Assembly: GCA_003568945.1 (NCBI GenBank)
Contig: BDIP01000092.1
Coordinates: 1 to 32,044, forward strand
DNA length: 32,044 bases
DNA from: Kipferlia bialata
Taxonomy: Eukaryota
Direction of reading: 5' to 3'
This document shows, in pieces, positions 1-12,500 of the stretch. Every line of letters begins with the position of its first letter. The first letter of the stretch is position 1. The notes below the pieces were generated by a model. The model was not told where the DNA came from. It saw only the letters and a program-made list of their open reading frames with translations, and ran no database searches. Both the position numbers and the translations under genes were made by a program.

Positions 1-52
<52 letters not shown>
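1..52. repeat. poly-G homopolymer at window/contig start
   Basis: 52 consecutive G; the sequence starts inside it, typical of an assembly break at a homopolymer. Confidence 0.95.
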
Positions 53-53
<1 letters not shown>

Positions 54-209
54 GCCGGTGGAGAGAACTGGAGAGACTGACACCAAGTAAGAAAGAATGA
101 ACTCTCAATTTCGTAAATGTCATGTATTACCAACACAGATACACTGATGACACTGATGTAGATCAGTCAATATGAAATCGTATCTAGAGCCATTCATATG
201 CACACATAC

Positions 210-456
210 CTGCTATCCTCCACCTCCTGCCCGAACCCTCCTCCACTGCAGATATCAGCTCCTCGCATGTTGTGTAGACCTCGTCCCACAGCTCAGGGGG
301 GATGTGACTGGGCTCGTACCCAGCAGGTGCCTTGCCCTTGGTTACCCCCTTGGCCTTGGTCTTGGCCTTGGCCTTGGCACCCACTCTGGCCTTAGAGGCA
401 GTCTTCCCCGTGGCCCCAGCCGCCCCCTTGGACACCCCTCTCCCACCACGCGGCAT
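210..456 (-). CDS. First exon of a hypothetical protein with a Lys/Ala/Gly-rich basic N-terminus; continues off the left end
   Basis: ATG at 456 gives MPRGGRGVSKGAAGATGKTASKARVGAKAKAKTKAKGVTKGKAPAGYEPSHIPPELWDEVYTTCEELISAVEEGSGRRWRIA, then a GTATGT donor at 209 and an AT-rich intron. No recognisable domain. Confidence 0.6.
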
Positions 457-757
457 AGCACGAGTGGGTGAAAGAGTAATGACTGACGTCTCTGAACCCC
501 TTCACTGTAATCAAAAATCTTAATAGTAACGTGGTAACGTAGGCTACACGTCCGTCCTTTCTGGCGTGGCTGTTGGAACAAAATCAGTGTCTCACTTTTT
601 AATGTGGTCCCAAATTGTGCCCAACCTGATCGCTAACAGTCATCAGAGGTTGTTGACATCGATCAAAACCCACTACATTTATGACACAAGACTGGTATTA
701 TACATACAACACTACTGGTAGCTGCCTGGCTAGACGGTACAAGGTTGGTAGACTCAC

Positions 758-2763
758 TTAGACAGCCACGCCCCTTATTGGCCTATCTGTTGCAGCACAG
801 TTCCTCTTGAACCTCCATCTGTCATTCATCTTGACCTGGTATCAGTGGCACTGGGAGAGTTGGTAGTGACCGGTGTCAAACACTGTCCTATGGGTCGTTA
901 GTAATGTCATTCATCTTGACCTGGTATCAGAGACACTGGAAGATATGGTAGTGATGGTGTCAAACACTATAACCAATGGGTCGTTAGTAAACATCAATCA
1001 GTTGGTCTTAGCATGTATCTTACTAGTACCAGGTACCTTGAGATCCCCCAGCACTCCCAGCCTCCACCAGGCTAGGACCTGGGTCAGTAAGGGAGAACGA
1101 AATTGATTATGATGGAGGCATTCATTGATTGTGTGATTGACTGATGCAGTTTTCCAGGTAGAATCTACTGATGAGGTCCCTATCCTCTACTGAGTCAATT
1201 ACACGTTTCATTGTACAACGGTAGCTGAGATATAAGCTAACAAGATTAGACCGTCTATATAGGTCACACGTACCACATTCACTGCCCCGTTCCATCCATT
1301 GTATACATATACCATTCTCTCTCTCTNNNNNNNNNNNNNNNNNNNNNNNNNNNNNNNNNNNNNNNNNNNNNNNNNNNNNNNNNNNNNNNNNNNNNNNNNA
1401 TATATATGTGTGTGTGTGTGTGTGTTATCTCACCACATTCACTGCCCCGTTCCACCCATTGCCCAGGGAGTGGTAGAGCACAATCCACCAGGGTGCTGGG
1501 TGAGACGAAGTAGGACAAGAGATGGATGCATACCCCACGGCCCGACCCTCCCCACCCGACTGAGTGCATAGGTATCACTATATAGACAGACCAATATAGT
1601 AGTACAGTCACTCACACTTGGTTCCCGTCAGTTGCACTACGTTTCGGAGCCATGGTGCAATTAGGAGGAATATCGTTGTCCCACTAATGACAAGAAGACG
1701 TCTGGAGGCCCGGGTCTATAGTGAGTCAGGAAAGAGAATGATGGTAACTGAGACACACCAATCGTGGTGCTGATCATGGCTAATGAGAGCTAATTGTTCC
1801 ATGACATGTAGATTCGATTACCTTAACATCTGAGCCAATAGAGGTTCTGATCACGATGAGGGAGCCCACAAAGCAGTAAATGCAGAGAATGGAGAGACAC
1901 ATGGAGGGAATCACGAAGCTGAACAGACGCAGGAGGGCCCATCTCGTGTTGATCTGACACCTAGTGTGAAAATATGGAGAGAAAGTGTGTGTATATATAG
2001 AGATATTACATATCTAGAGAGAGATATAGGGGTGGCTGGAACCTGTCGGGTCACAGTGGACAATATTGAGCACAACTCACATACACATTTACATATAGTA
2101 CTCTGCAACACATGACGCACCCAAAGTATGCTGCGTTGGGAGAGATGTACTGGTGTGGACACTCTAGCATATCGCCCGGCTCACAGCTCCAGACCTAAAG
2201 GGTGAGGGCCTTGGGAGACAATATACCAGTATATATATATATATATATATACTCAAGCCAGTCCTCCTCTCTTCCTGTGATGAGGGAAAATGCTTCCAAA
2301 TCCACTTCTTGGCACAAGGTACCCTACTCCAATACCAGCCAGTAACACTGTATATAATGAATATGCTCTACACAGAGGTATGCATGTGATAGGGTACGTA
2401 GACACTCTGATTCATACCTCTCCGACCAGTATAATGGCTGTAGCAGACACCATCGTGCACCCAAACCCGAGGGTCAGGTACAGCCACTCATACCTGAGGT
2501 TGTAAGGGAGGGAGACCGATCTACAATAATGTACGTAAGAGACAGAACAGTATGAATGGAACTTCATGGTACTACTAGCACCACTGGTACCGTACCAGGC
2601 TTAGTATGATGCTATATATATACTGCCACTTACTTTGGGACACACCGCACTCTGAACCTCACTGACCGATAGACCTCCACTGCGAGGAAGGTGGCAAAGG
2701 CCAGGGACCCCAGATGGCATGCATTGCCAGCCCAGAACTGGGTGTAGCAGGGGATCTTCCAGC
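758..2763 (-). CDS. Putative 7TM GPCR-like protein (cAMP receptor/GCR1-like), 5'-partial, TM3-TM7 plus C-tail
   Basis: Eight phase-consistent GT-AG exons: 2763-2634, 2493-2418, 2194-2121, 1960-1822, 1715-1616, 1495-1434, 1078-1037, 835-758. Translation: WKIPCYTQFWAGNACHLGSLAFATFLAVEVYRSVRFRVRCVPKYEWLYLTLGFGCTMVSATAIILVGEVWSCEPGDMLECPHQYISPNAAYFGCQINTRWALLRLFSFVIPSMCLSILCIYCFVGSLIVIRTSIGSDVKTRASRRLLVISGTTIFLLIAPWLRNVVQLTGTKSPWWIVLYHSLGNGWNGAVNVVLAWWRLGVLGDLKVKMNDRWRFKRNCAATDRPIRGVAV*. It shows five hydrophobic helices, CxxQ at the top of TM3, YExxY before TM4, CxI in ECL2 and GxxN in TM7. Confidence 0.72.
820..989. repeat. Imperfect tandem duplication of ~85 bp (2 copies) covering the last acceptor and exon start of the GPCR-like gene
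   Basis: tgtcattcatcttgacctggtatcag at 820-845 and 905-930; the downstream tggtagtga..ggtgtcaaacact..atgggtcgttagtaa is also repeated. Confidence 0.9.
1327..1399. other. Assembly gap (N run) inside an intronic (CT)n/(TA)n/(TG)n microsatellite
   Basis: 73 N flanked by ctctct and atatatatgtgtgtg. Confidence 0.95.
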
Positions 2764-3017
2764 CTGGAGTGAGAGGGATGGGAGTCTATGCAAGACGTTG
2801 GAGATGTGTGAGGGGTATGTTTCTTGATGATGGGAGCTGGCGGGGGGGGGGGGGGGGGGAACACATAGCCCTTTTTTGAGGGGGAGTTGCATTGTGCATC
2901 AGTAGTGTTGCTCTCTATACACTGTCACCCACTACTTTACATGATCCTCTCTACCCCTGCACAAGATGACTTGCGTTACTGTTTCAATTGCTTATTGACC
3001 ATGTAGGATCTATCTTG

Positions 3018-3018
<1 letters not shown>

Positions 3019-3059
<41 letters not shown>

Positions 3060-3078
3060 CCCCCCCCCTTTCCCCCCG

Positions 3079-3112
<34 letters not shown>
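3019..3112. repeat. Long poly-C tract
   Basis: About 94 nt, nearly pure C with a few T/G interruptions. Confidence 0.95.
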
Positions 3113-3114
<2 letters not shown>

Positions 3115-3139
3115 CCCTGCACCTCTACCACCTACCCCT

Positions 3140-6100
3140 AAGAAGATAGCGGCACGCTACAGTATGCTGTGGCTTGGATGTCTAGCCATGCCCAACCTGC
3201 ATAGCACCTCAGAGGTACTGGCTGCAGTAGTGGTGGGGCCTATGGAGGTGTTGATGTTTGAGAGGTGGGTATGAGTAGATGAGTCAATGAATAGGAGGTC
3301 TCTCACTACAGTGTAAAGAAATTGGCCATTGAAGTTATAACCCCCATAGTATTCTTTAAGTCTCTACCTAATAGTTTCGCGAATTCTGTCTCTCCTCCCT
3401 CCCCCTCTCCCTCCCTCTACCTCTCCCTCCCTCTACTTCCCTCTCCCTCTACCTCCCTCTACCTACCTCTCCCTCTTCCTCCCTCTACCCCTCAGGAACC
3501 AGACTGGTCATACCCTGTACCTGGGACACATGCTGGAAGGTGAGAGGGCATGTACCTCAATTTCCGATTGGAAATGTTTCTCCCGACACTCTCCTACACG
3601 CATTGTGTGCAACATCTGGTCATAACTAACCAGTAGATGCCCCTCCTGGCTCTGACTCTCTCCTGCTCTGCGAGTGGTCTGTGTATGAGTCACCACTCAC
3701 TGGCACAGAGGTATATTTAGATACATGGATAAATAGATCGATAGATAGACATGTACTCATACGCTGTGACCACTCACAAGCACAGAGGTGGTCAAATATA
3801 TATATATATGTATATACATACACATATATGTATGTTGATGTACCAATATATATACTTGTGCATGAGCCACCATTCACAGTCACAGAGGGGGGGTGGACAT
3901 TGATACACATAATTATATCTAAAATTTATACACCCGGTGACCTCTCTGGGTATGACTGGTGGTAGTACTGTTCTGAGTGGATACTCTAGGGATGAGGGTG
4001 GGGATGTCCCACCCCCACCCTCACACTCACACTCACCCCCAGCCCATCAAGGTCTCTGCAGCTCTCCTAGGCCACACTGTCTATGCATACACATCAGCAT
4101 ACACCATGGTCACATGGGACATTGAGTCTATGGAGGTAGCATATATACCACACGACAGTATACAGTACTAGTGTGCGGTATACCAACTGATTGTATTCAA
4201 TTGATCTGTTTGCAGGTGCTTCCATTTTGCAACACTTTACCCCTAGGGCTGTGTGGTTCCCATGCCAAATACCCACTGGAGTGACACACAGACGTGGCCT
4301 AGGGTACGTATGTCTAATCCCGTACAGCGTATATATGCATATTCTGCACCTGTACTGACTGACACTACTTTGATACTACATACATGTTATATACCCTCTC
4401 TCATGACAGGTGTCAGACGCATCACTCCTTAGACTGGGACCCAGTGAGCTGGTTCTTATAGGTGAGAGGACCAATGAATCCAAACATTTTACAAATATAT
4501 ACAATATTTATCACAGAGGTGCGTATATGTGGGAGTTGAGTATATATAGTCTGCGGATGTATGCGCCTTATCATTGACTCAGTGTTACCGGCTTGAAGCG
4601 ATAACACCATACCCAGTTTCCGTAACATACTCTAATATATTCATTAGTATTGTACATGTATATACCCAACCCAGGCTGTGCCCTGTGCCATGGCCAGAGG
4701 TGCACTGAGGTCTGGAAGTACACACCCTCAGACAATTCAACCAAGAGTGGAAAGTGGACATTTTGGAATCGATCGACAGATATTAGGTACACAACAGTCC
4801 ATAGAATATATGCACCATCGCCTATTCAAGTAGTTAGGTAACATCAGCAAAATGGCGAGGACTTGTGTAACCACGCAAGTGGAGGCAGACGATCAGACGA
4901 GAGACCGATGTAGCACACTGTATTGCTTGTCTGATACAGAGAATGGTGGTTCCAACACTGTGTTGCACAGTGTGTCACTAAGAGAACATGGCGGGAGGTA
5001 TGGGGGACCTTGGATGTATTCTTGAACTAGTGATCTATATAGTCTAAGTGCTGGCTGTTTACTCTCTCATGTACCATCGTTAACCCTTAGCTGGCGTCAG
5101 ACCCACGTGCATGGGAGGGTGTCTAACATGCTCTCCGTTGGGGACAGGGTCACACTGTGTATGGATGATGGAATTCAAGGTATGTGTGGCTATATATCTG
5201 CCCTTTAGCTCTTTCTAATTGTAGTGTTTGACCCCGAAAGGAAGGGTGTTGTGTCCATAACTAAGTGTCCTCCATTGCACACACACCCTACGGGCCGCCC
5301 TACGGGACTGCCTCCTCTACTACTGATGGACACTCATCTATTGCTGTCGATGAGTCCCAGTCAGGGTGACAGTGGGGTCTGTGCAAGAGTGTACCAGATA
5401 GGAGAGGTGTTACGCAACATCCTATCCCCTGCATCTCCATCCATGAGAGAGTCCCTTGCAACGTCACTCAGTGTACCCGAGCACATGGTAGTGTATAGGT
5501 ATTAGATATGTATATAACTATAGGTAAAGTTATTGGTATGCTGCCTAGATGAAGTCCATCATTCGTTTCAATATGATTAGAATACCATCCTATTCACCTA
5601 TACTGACCCCCAAGGCACACTTCCCGTGCTACTTTACCAGTCATTACCGACGGTATAGTTGGTGCACCTGCAAGTGGGTACACAGATGCTATTCTACGCG
5701 TTAGTCACTTGGCTGGGATACTGTCCCACGCTGACAGCCCTATCCCCACACTGTGCAACACTGCCCAGCTGAGGCATGACATTGATACACTTGTACAGAC
5801 AGGGGGAGACGCTTGTGACAGGAACGCTCTCTATGCATGTAGTGCATTGCTTCTGTTGGGTGGTAAGGTAGAGAATGACTGTGGAAGTGTATCGAGGGAT
5901 GAGGCTCATTCTCCCTCAGTCTCAACCACAATAGCTAGTATGGTATACGATGGCCTCAGGCAGATTCGAGAGAGATCTCCATGTGTGTACCTACTCTGCA
6001 CTGTTGTTGAAGAACTAAGCTGCCATATGCCTAGCATGCGGTGTTTGAGTCCTCTCCTGACCATCATGGGTCAGAAGGGACATGTCCATATGCGTTCTGT

Positions 6101-9100
6101 ACTCTATGTTCTGTCTGAACTGGCAGTCAAGTATCCCAGGTAACACATAGAATACTGAATTATTGTATTCACATATATATCAACAGGCCTTGGTAATTGC
6201 CGTGGGTGACTGTTTTCACTAGTCATCGACCACGATATAGATACGGCGGACAGACTGCATACATATCCTCTCATGGTCTGTCTTTGTAGCTTCGCTTATC
6301 TTCCACTCACTGCCAGGTACCTCTCCCTCTGGGTGTCTGTGGCAGTGTCCACCCATGGCACACATCCTCAGTCTACTGCTATGGTGACGGGGGGTAGTTC
6401 CACTCCCATTTGTGTACTCGATACCAGGGGTCGTAGCTACACGCCTGTCCAGAGTTTGAACCTCTTAGGTAAGTGATACTTTTCGTTAGTGATATAATAC
6501 AAGTCCAATTCCAGCCTTCCTGCGTCACCTCCCCTTTGCCGTCAGAGTTATCACTGGCCGGTCCATGTCTGCTGCCTTGGTACCATTCCTCGTCAAGGCC
6601 ACAAAGCGAAGAGATGTACACACCACACACACAACGTCTGCTGTTGATTGGAGATCCATGTGTCGTACCACAGCTAGATTGCACCCAGTGGAGACAGCGA
6701 TAGATGCATGGCAGCGACATGGTACGGTACCACATAACAGGATAGCGCTTGATACCACTTATTGTGGCATTGTCTGCCATGGTCTTTAGATGTAACTAAC
6801 TGTAGGGAGTGTCACTTTCACCAAGCAGTGTGCACCCCACACCGTGTCAGGATGGCCAGCCGTTGTCAAGGTGTAAAGAAACCTACTTGGTTTGCTCAAT
6901 GCTTTGCGTACTATTGGTAGTACGCGATTGTTAGCCCTGTTTCTTACCCCAGACATCGTGCAACACTGCTCTACTCATAGGCCAAAACGGACAGACAGGA
7001 CAGGACGGAGGAAGGTATAGTGAGTACATAGGACAATGTGTGGTTGCTATACATTGTGCTGCAAACGGTTCCTAACATGTAGGAACTGCAACTGCTATCT
7101 GATTGGAGTATGTGGGGACTGTCTCACATGGGAACCTGTTAGGTGGGTATCCACAAATCTCAATGACGGTGATGAACCAAATGGTGACTAATCAGCTATA
7201 TACTATGTGGTTAGTCTAAACACCAGGAATCCCCTCCCGCCCTCTCTCTTTGGCACATCTGCCACAGTGATAGGGGGTGTGGTATATGTGTTTGGAGGTA
7301 GGTTCATTGGCGCTCTACTACACACGTTAACATATAGTTAACATAGCCCATAAATTTCGTTACAGTGTTCAGTGATACATGTTTCACCTTTCTACTGTGT
7401 GTGTGGGATGGTGTGTGCCCACCCCCAGGGATGCATGTTGTGAATGGTGCCACCACCTACTCCAATACACTGTACACCCTGGACCTAGCATCACTCACAT
7501 GGACAGTGACAGGGGAGGATGGCTCAAGGGACTGGCCTAGGGGAAGGCATGGGGGTGCATATACTTTTAGAGATGGAGAGAGAGAGAGAGAGAGTGGCAG
7601 GGCAGGATTGCTCAAGAGACAGGCCAAGGGGGAGGGAGTGTCAGTGTGTGTATATCTACTCACAATAGTCACTAGCAGTTGTCTTCTTGGAACCATGTGG
7701 TCTGTACATATCGAATGCTTACCTTACTGCTAACGATCCCAGGTCCCATCTGTGCTCAGCAGAACTGGACGGCATGCTGTTAATCACTGGAGGTGAGGGT
7801 TAGAGGGTAAATGCCTCTGTGAACTGGTAAATACATTCAACCATCACTCCTGTCTCCATCCTACCTCTCTCCTATACCCATCTTGGCTAATGACCTTCCC
7901 TCACCCAAGGCATCAGTGGTGACTCCTGTACATCTGTGCGGGACACCCATGTCTATGACCCTATATCATGCACATGGGCCGGGCTGGACTGGGCACCGGT
8001 GCCACTGGGTATGGTGGATATGTGTGTTTGTGTATATGTATATATATGGATATGTGTATATATGTGGGGTATGGGGGATAGTCATATATATGTTACTATG
8101 GCATCTGTATCCTGGCCAGGCTGGACTGGGCACCGGTGCCACTGGGTACGGGGTGCAGTTGTATGTGTAACAATTCGTGTAGGAAACAATAGCATCTGGA
8201 ACTATTGTAGTCGTATATGTAACTAAAGAAGCTGTCACCTTTGACTAAAGATTCATTGACAGATTTTGATAGGTATATGTAATTATATACTAGGCCTAGT
8301 AATAGTCGGATAATAGATAATAGCACTTTCGGTCCACATCATACCCTTGCATCGGCTCTGTTCTAACCACCCAGCCGGTGCCTCTGTCCACAGTACAGAA
8401 GGTGGTGTCCACTTCTTTGGCAGCACACTATACCCAAGGTGGGGTCTCTACTATACATGATTTTCATACGTATGATACTTCCGTCTATAGAAGTATTTGG
8501 ATTCTTGAAGGGGGGTTGAATAGAATCCAGACCTTTATAGCCTGTGTCCCTCACCCTCTAGGTCCCACCTTCTACTGACTGTGGGTGGAGAGTGGCACAC
8601 CCAGCCTGACCTGCCCTTCCACCTGACATGCTCAGTGTGTGTGCCAAGGGGGTGAGTGGGACAATACGTACTGTGGATGGCAGGATTGTTAATGAACACA
8701 CACAACATACACATTTGTGTCTATTGATGTCTGTTTCTCTTTGCTAAGAACACCTATCCTCACTCCAGACGGTCCCTGTTGTTCATAGGGGGAGTGGATC
8801 ATGAGGGAGTGCACAGTATGGACATGGTGTCAGGTTGGGGCGGTGTCATACACATAGTGACCATCTTGCATACCATTGTCTCACAGGACAGGAGACTGCT
8901 TCACGATTACCCAAGACAATCCTGTCAGTGACAGCGGGTGGGACATACCCTCCACTATGCCTAAGGGTCACTGCTGGGGACTGACACTGAGAGGGTGGGG
9001 GAGAGTGCCTAGTGACACCAGACTCTCACTGAGACAGTCTGGGAGAGGCGAGAGTGTAGATGTTGGGAATGATACCAATAGCACTGATACAACTGTGCTC

Positions 9101-9142
9101 ATATCCAGTCAAGCTGTGTACACAGTCAATTTTAACACGTAA
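3140..9142 (+). CDS. Multi-exon Kelch-repeat/beta-propeller protein, 5'-partial; propeller-like N region, helical middle, C-terminal Kelch repeats
   Basis: Spliced segments include PIKVSAALLGHTVYAYTSAYTMVTWDIESME (~4043-4135); EVWKYTPSDNSTKSGKWTFW joined in frame through intron 4787-4847 to KMARTCV..TLYCLSD; and a helical exon at ~5700-6139. Clear Kelch motifs follow: PPSLFGTSATVIGGVVYVFG|GMHVVNGATTYSNTLYTLDLASLTW..WPRGRHG (7226-7555), SAELDGMLLITG|G..DTHVYDPISCTW (7743-8008) and RSLLFIGG (8769-). The likely terminal exon ends AVYTVNFNT* at 9142. Not all junctions were resolved, so it could be two genes. Confidence 0.62.
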
Positions 9143-9533
9143 ATTGGGGTAGAAAAGGTGTGATCGGTTGGATCCAGTGACATTATTACATTTCCTTTCA
9201 CAAGTCCCTGTTATTAATAATAGTGAGACATATGATGCTGAGACACCTCTTTTCCATCACAAGACTGATGTCACTGTCGGGAAGAGAGGAAAGAATGTAT
9301 CTATATTCTATACATCGAGAGAAATCACTTCAAACCCTTGTTCAATTCTATCCACTACACTATACTGAGCGCTAAGTGACCACAACTGTATTATTACACT
9401 ATTATGCATCAAAATAGCGCTCCTATTTCAGAACTCTAGTCTGGACCCTGTCCCTCTAGCCTCTTGAGTCTATTACATTACATGGTTTCGGAGCCACATA
9501 CATGAATCCCCTGGCACCTACTGTAAATCAATG

Positions 9534-12500
9534 TCACTCAGCGAGCCTCTCCTTGAGTGTAGCCACTGCCTCACATATAGGTCCACACTCCCTGTTGCAC
9601 TGTACCAGTCTATCCACCAGGGGCAGAAGGGCATCGGCATCCAGAGCCTCACTCTCAGCTGGGGGTGAGGAGGGAGTGTGTAGGGTGGTGTCTCTTCGAC
9701 CGTGACTGACAGGTGATCCTACCTGACTGTGTCACCTCCAGCAGTGCTGTCAGGAGGGTCAGGGTCTCTGTCTCGTAGGGATGGTCTGAGGATCAATCGC
9801 TGAAAGACTAATAGTGTAGGAGTGTATATTATACTCTGTATATCACACAGCTATCAGTACCTTCTCCCACCAGGCTGGACAGGATGGTGCACGCATGGGT
9901 GAGGATGGTAGGGTTGTCTCTGTGGCGCTCCGCTACGGATATGCAGTCATCTGTGCATCCCTCTAGGGCATCGTGTAGCTTGGTGTCCACCTCCAGAGTG
10001 GGGGTCCTGGGTAGTACTGGAGTGTGAGAGTTGAGTCGGATACCTATACTTGGTAGTAGACTAGCCATTCACTATAACAGATTGTGAAACCAGTAGTTAC
10101 TGACTACTCTGCCGCGTACTCTGGGAGATGGCTGCAAAGTAGGCGAGGAGGGGCACCATCACATCTAGGTCCTCTTCGTACATCTTTAAGGCACGGGACA
10201 GGATGGTAACTGGTGTCAATTGTAGGAGGTGTATCTCTGGGGGCAATTATAACGATGACCGAGTAGGCACATGTACGTATAGACTGATAATGATACATAC
10301 CCAGGGGGGTGCCGGCTAGGGCCTGCCAGTGGTGGTGTTGGGGGGCGGTCATGGTATCTGACAGTGAGGGGGTGGAACTCAGGGGTGAGGGGTGAGTAAC
10401 AATGTTACTGTAACACCCTGTGTCTAAGGTCAAATTTGGGTTGTGACTCCACTGCCACCTATACTCAATGTTGAATGCATACAGCCATACCGTCATCCAT
10501 TGACATCCGCTGCATTCTGTTGAGGATGGTGGCACAGTACTTGGTACCCTCGGCACTGTCGAGAAATGCCATGGAGGCTACGGTTAAAGGGCACCTTGTA
10601 TGTGACAGTCTAATGTCACCCCTAGATGTGGGTGTATCCCAGCGTACCTATTGTGATCATCATCTGCGTATTCATGACCATCTTGGGGGTCATGCCTCGG
10701 ATGGGGCCTGGGGGTGAGTAGATATAGCCTATAGTGACTTGTTGTGGTGTGGGTAGGGGACATTGGTAGGCTGTGCCGCTGGTCTCACCTCTCTCTGCCA
10801 TCAGGGTTATTAGTATGATGTAGTATGATGTGCACGGTGTGATAATAGTATCCAATGACCACACTTGACATTACCCCCCTCCCCACCTCTCTCTGCCATC
10901 AGGGCCATGATGTGTATGGTGTCCAGGGCACATGGCTCCCCATGGTGGTACATGACCTGGGGTGACTCAGCTCTAAACACAACGGATTACAAGAGAGATA
11001 AGACATACCGTCTGCACGATGTTCTCGAACACAGAGTCTGTCACAAGGGTATTGTGCACCATGGGGTCTGGGTATTAGGGGAGTGGTCAGAGAATGACAT
11101 TCCACACATGAACACGTCTTACAAGAATAAATATGCAGGCAGTGTATCCACCCACCGTCTGACTTGGCCATTCTCAATACGACAGACAGGGCGTGGGAGC
11201 AGATGGGGAGGGACTCCTTGCCAAAGTCCAGCACTGCATTGACGAGGTTCATCGCAGCATCCCTCTTTGCTAGGGTCCGGATGGTCTGGTCTCCTTGGGT
11301 AAGTAGATGACTGCAAATATAGACAGTCCAGCGTTGCATGTGGTGGCTGTACAATAGGAGCAAATCTTGCAAAAGGCAGTGCTGGTGTGTCAGTATACCT
11401 GTGATCTGTATGTCTGCGAGGGCCTTTACCAGGGGCAGGACACTCTCCACGGAGGGGAAGTAGAGGTCATGCAGTCTCTGCATGGATGGAGAGAGGGGCA
11501 GGTGTGGCTCGGGGTCGGACTCCTCGTCGTCCTCTCTCTCCCTCTCTGCCTCACCCTCGTTGGAACTGCTGGAGTCCTCTGCAGCGGCCTGGGATGAGAC
11601 GCCAATAACAACGGGCATCCAAGGAGAAGATGCATATGTAACCGAATCATAGGCGTCTCTTATGGAGTATACTCACCTCCGAGTCTCCAACACCGGCTCC
11701 TGTCACTGGGGCACCGTCGGGTGTCTCGGTGCCTCGAGTGAGTATAGATTCATAAGCGGAGGGAGTATAGTAAGACATACATGTATATGCTGCATGAGAG
11801 TAACGTATTTAACTATATGATGCTCGTGTACCTGTCTCGGCTCCTGCTGTCTGGGCCTCTCCGGCCTCTGTCTCTGTGGCCTCCCCATCAGACTTCCTAC
11901 TGAGCTGGTCAAAACGCACTGGTGTGAGTGCCAGCCGAGCATTCAATTATTGAATCAATAGTCAGCGTTGAGTGATGGGTTGTTGAGAGTGTTCCAGGAC
12001 CAGTATACCTAGGTTGATGCTGATGGTTTCCAAGTACTCTTCCAGCTCCTTGCATTCGGGGTGACCTGTGAGAGCATCGCGCACCTTGCCAACACCCACA
12101 GTCATGAGAACCATCTCCATGACGTAATCTGTAGGGGCGTCTATTGCCGCTGGTGTCAGATAATAACTCATGAACGGGTAAATGGAAATTACTATAAATG
12201 TATATACTTGTCAGCGACATCACACAACCACGTACCCTTGGTCAGGTCTGCCAGGTATGCGCTGGCAGGCAGGACAACACTCAGGTCCTGAGGATCAGAC
12301 AGAAGACAGAAAGGAATTAACAGTAATAACGGAAAGTGTTTCCAATTGAACCCAGCGTATGTGCCGATATCATATCGATCCTACATGATATACTAGGCCT
12401 AGTAATACAATACTTGATGCCAAATTATCCAAATGAATTGTGTATTGCCCCCCACCTCCTTGTGCCGTACAACACCCTCGGCCAGATTGGTCAGAGCCCT

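Noticed and set aside
330..456. KAKAKTKAK low-complexity stretch as histone H1
   Set aside because: Short compositional bias only; followed by an acidic helical region and further exons, with no H1 globular domain visible.
1279..1611. ORF-track frame (GWGGSGRGVC...) as the real exon, spliced to a VEDRDL.. exon near 1190
   Set aside because: Needs a weak donor and gives no coherent protein; the alternative frame completes TM7 with strong splice sites.
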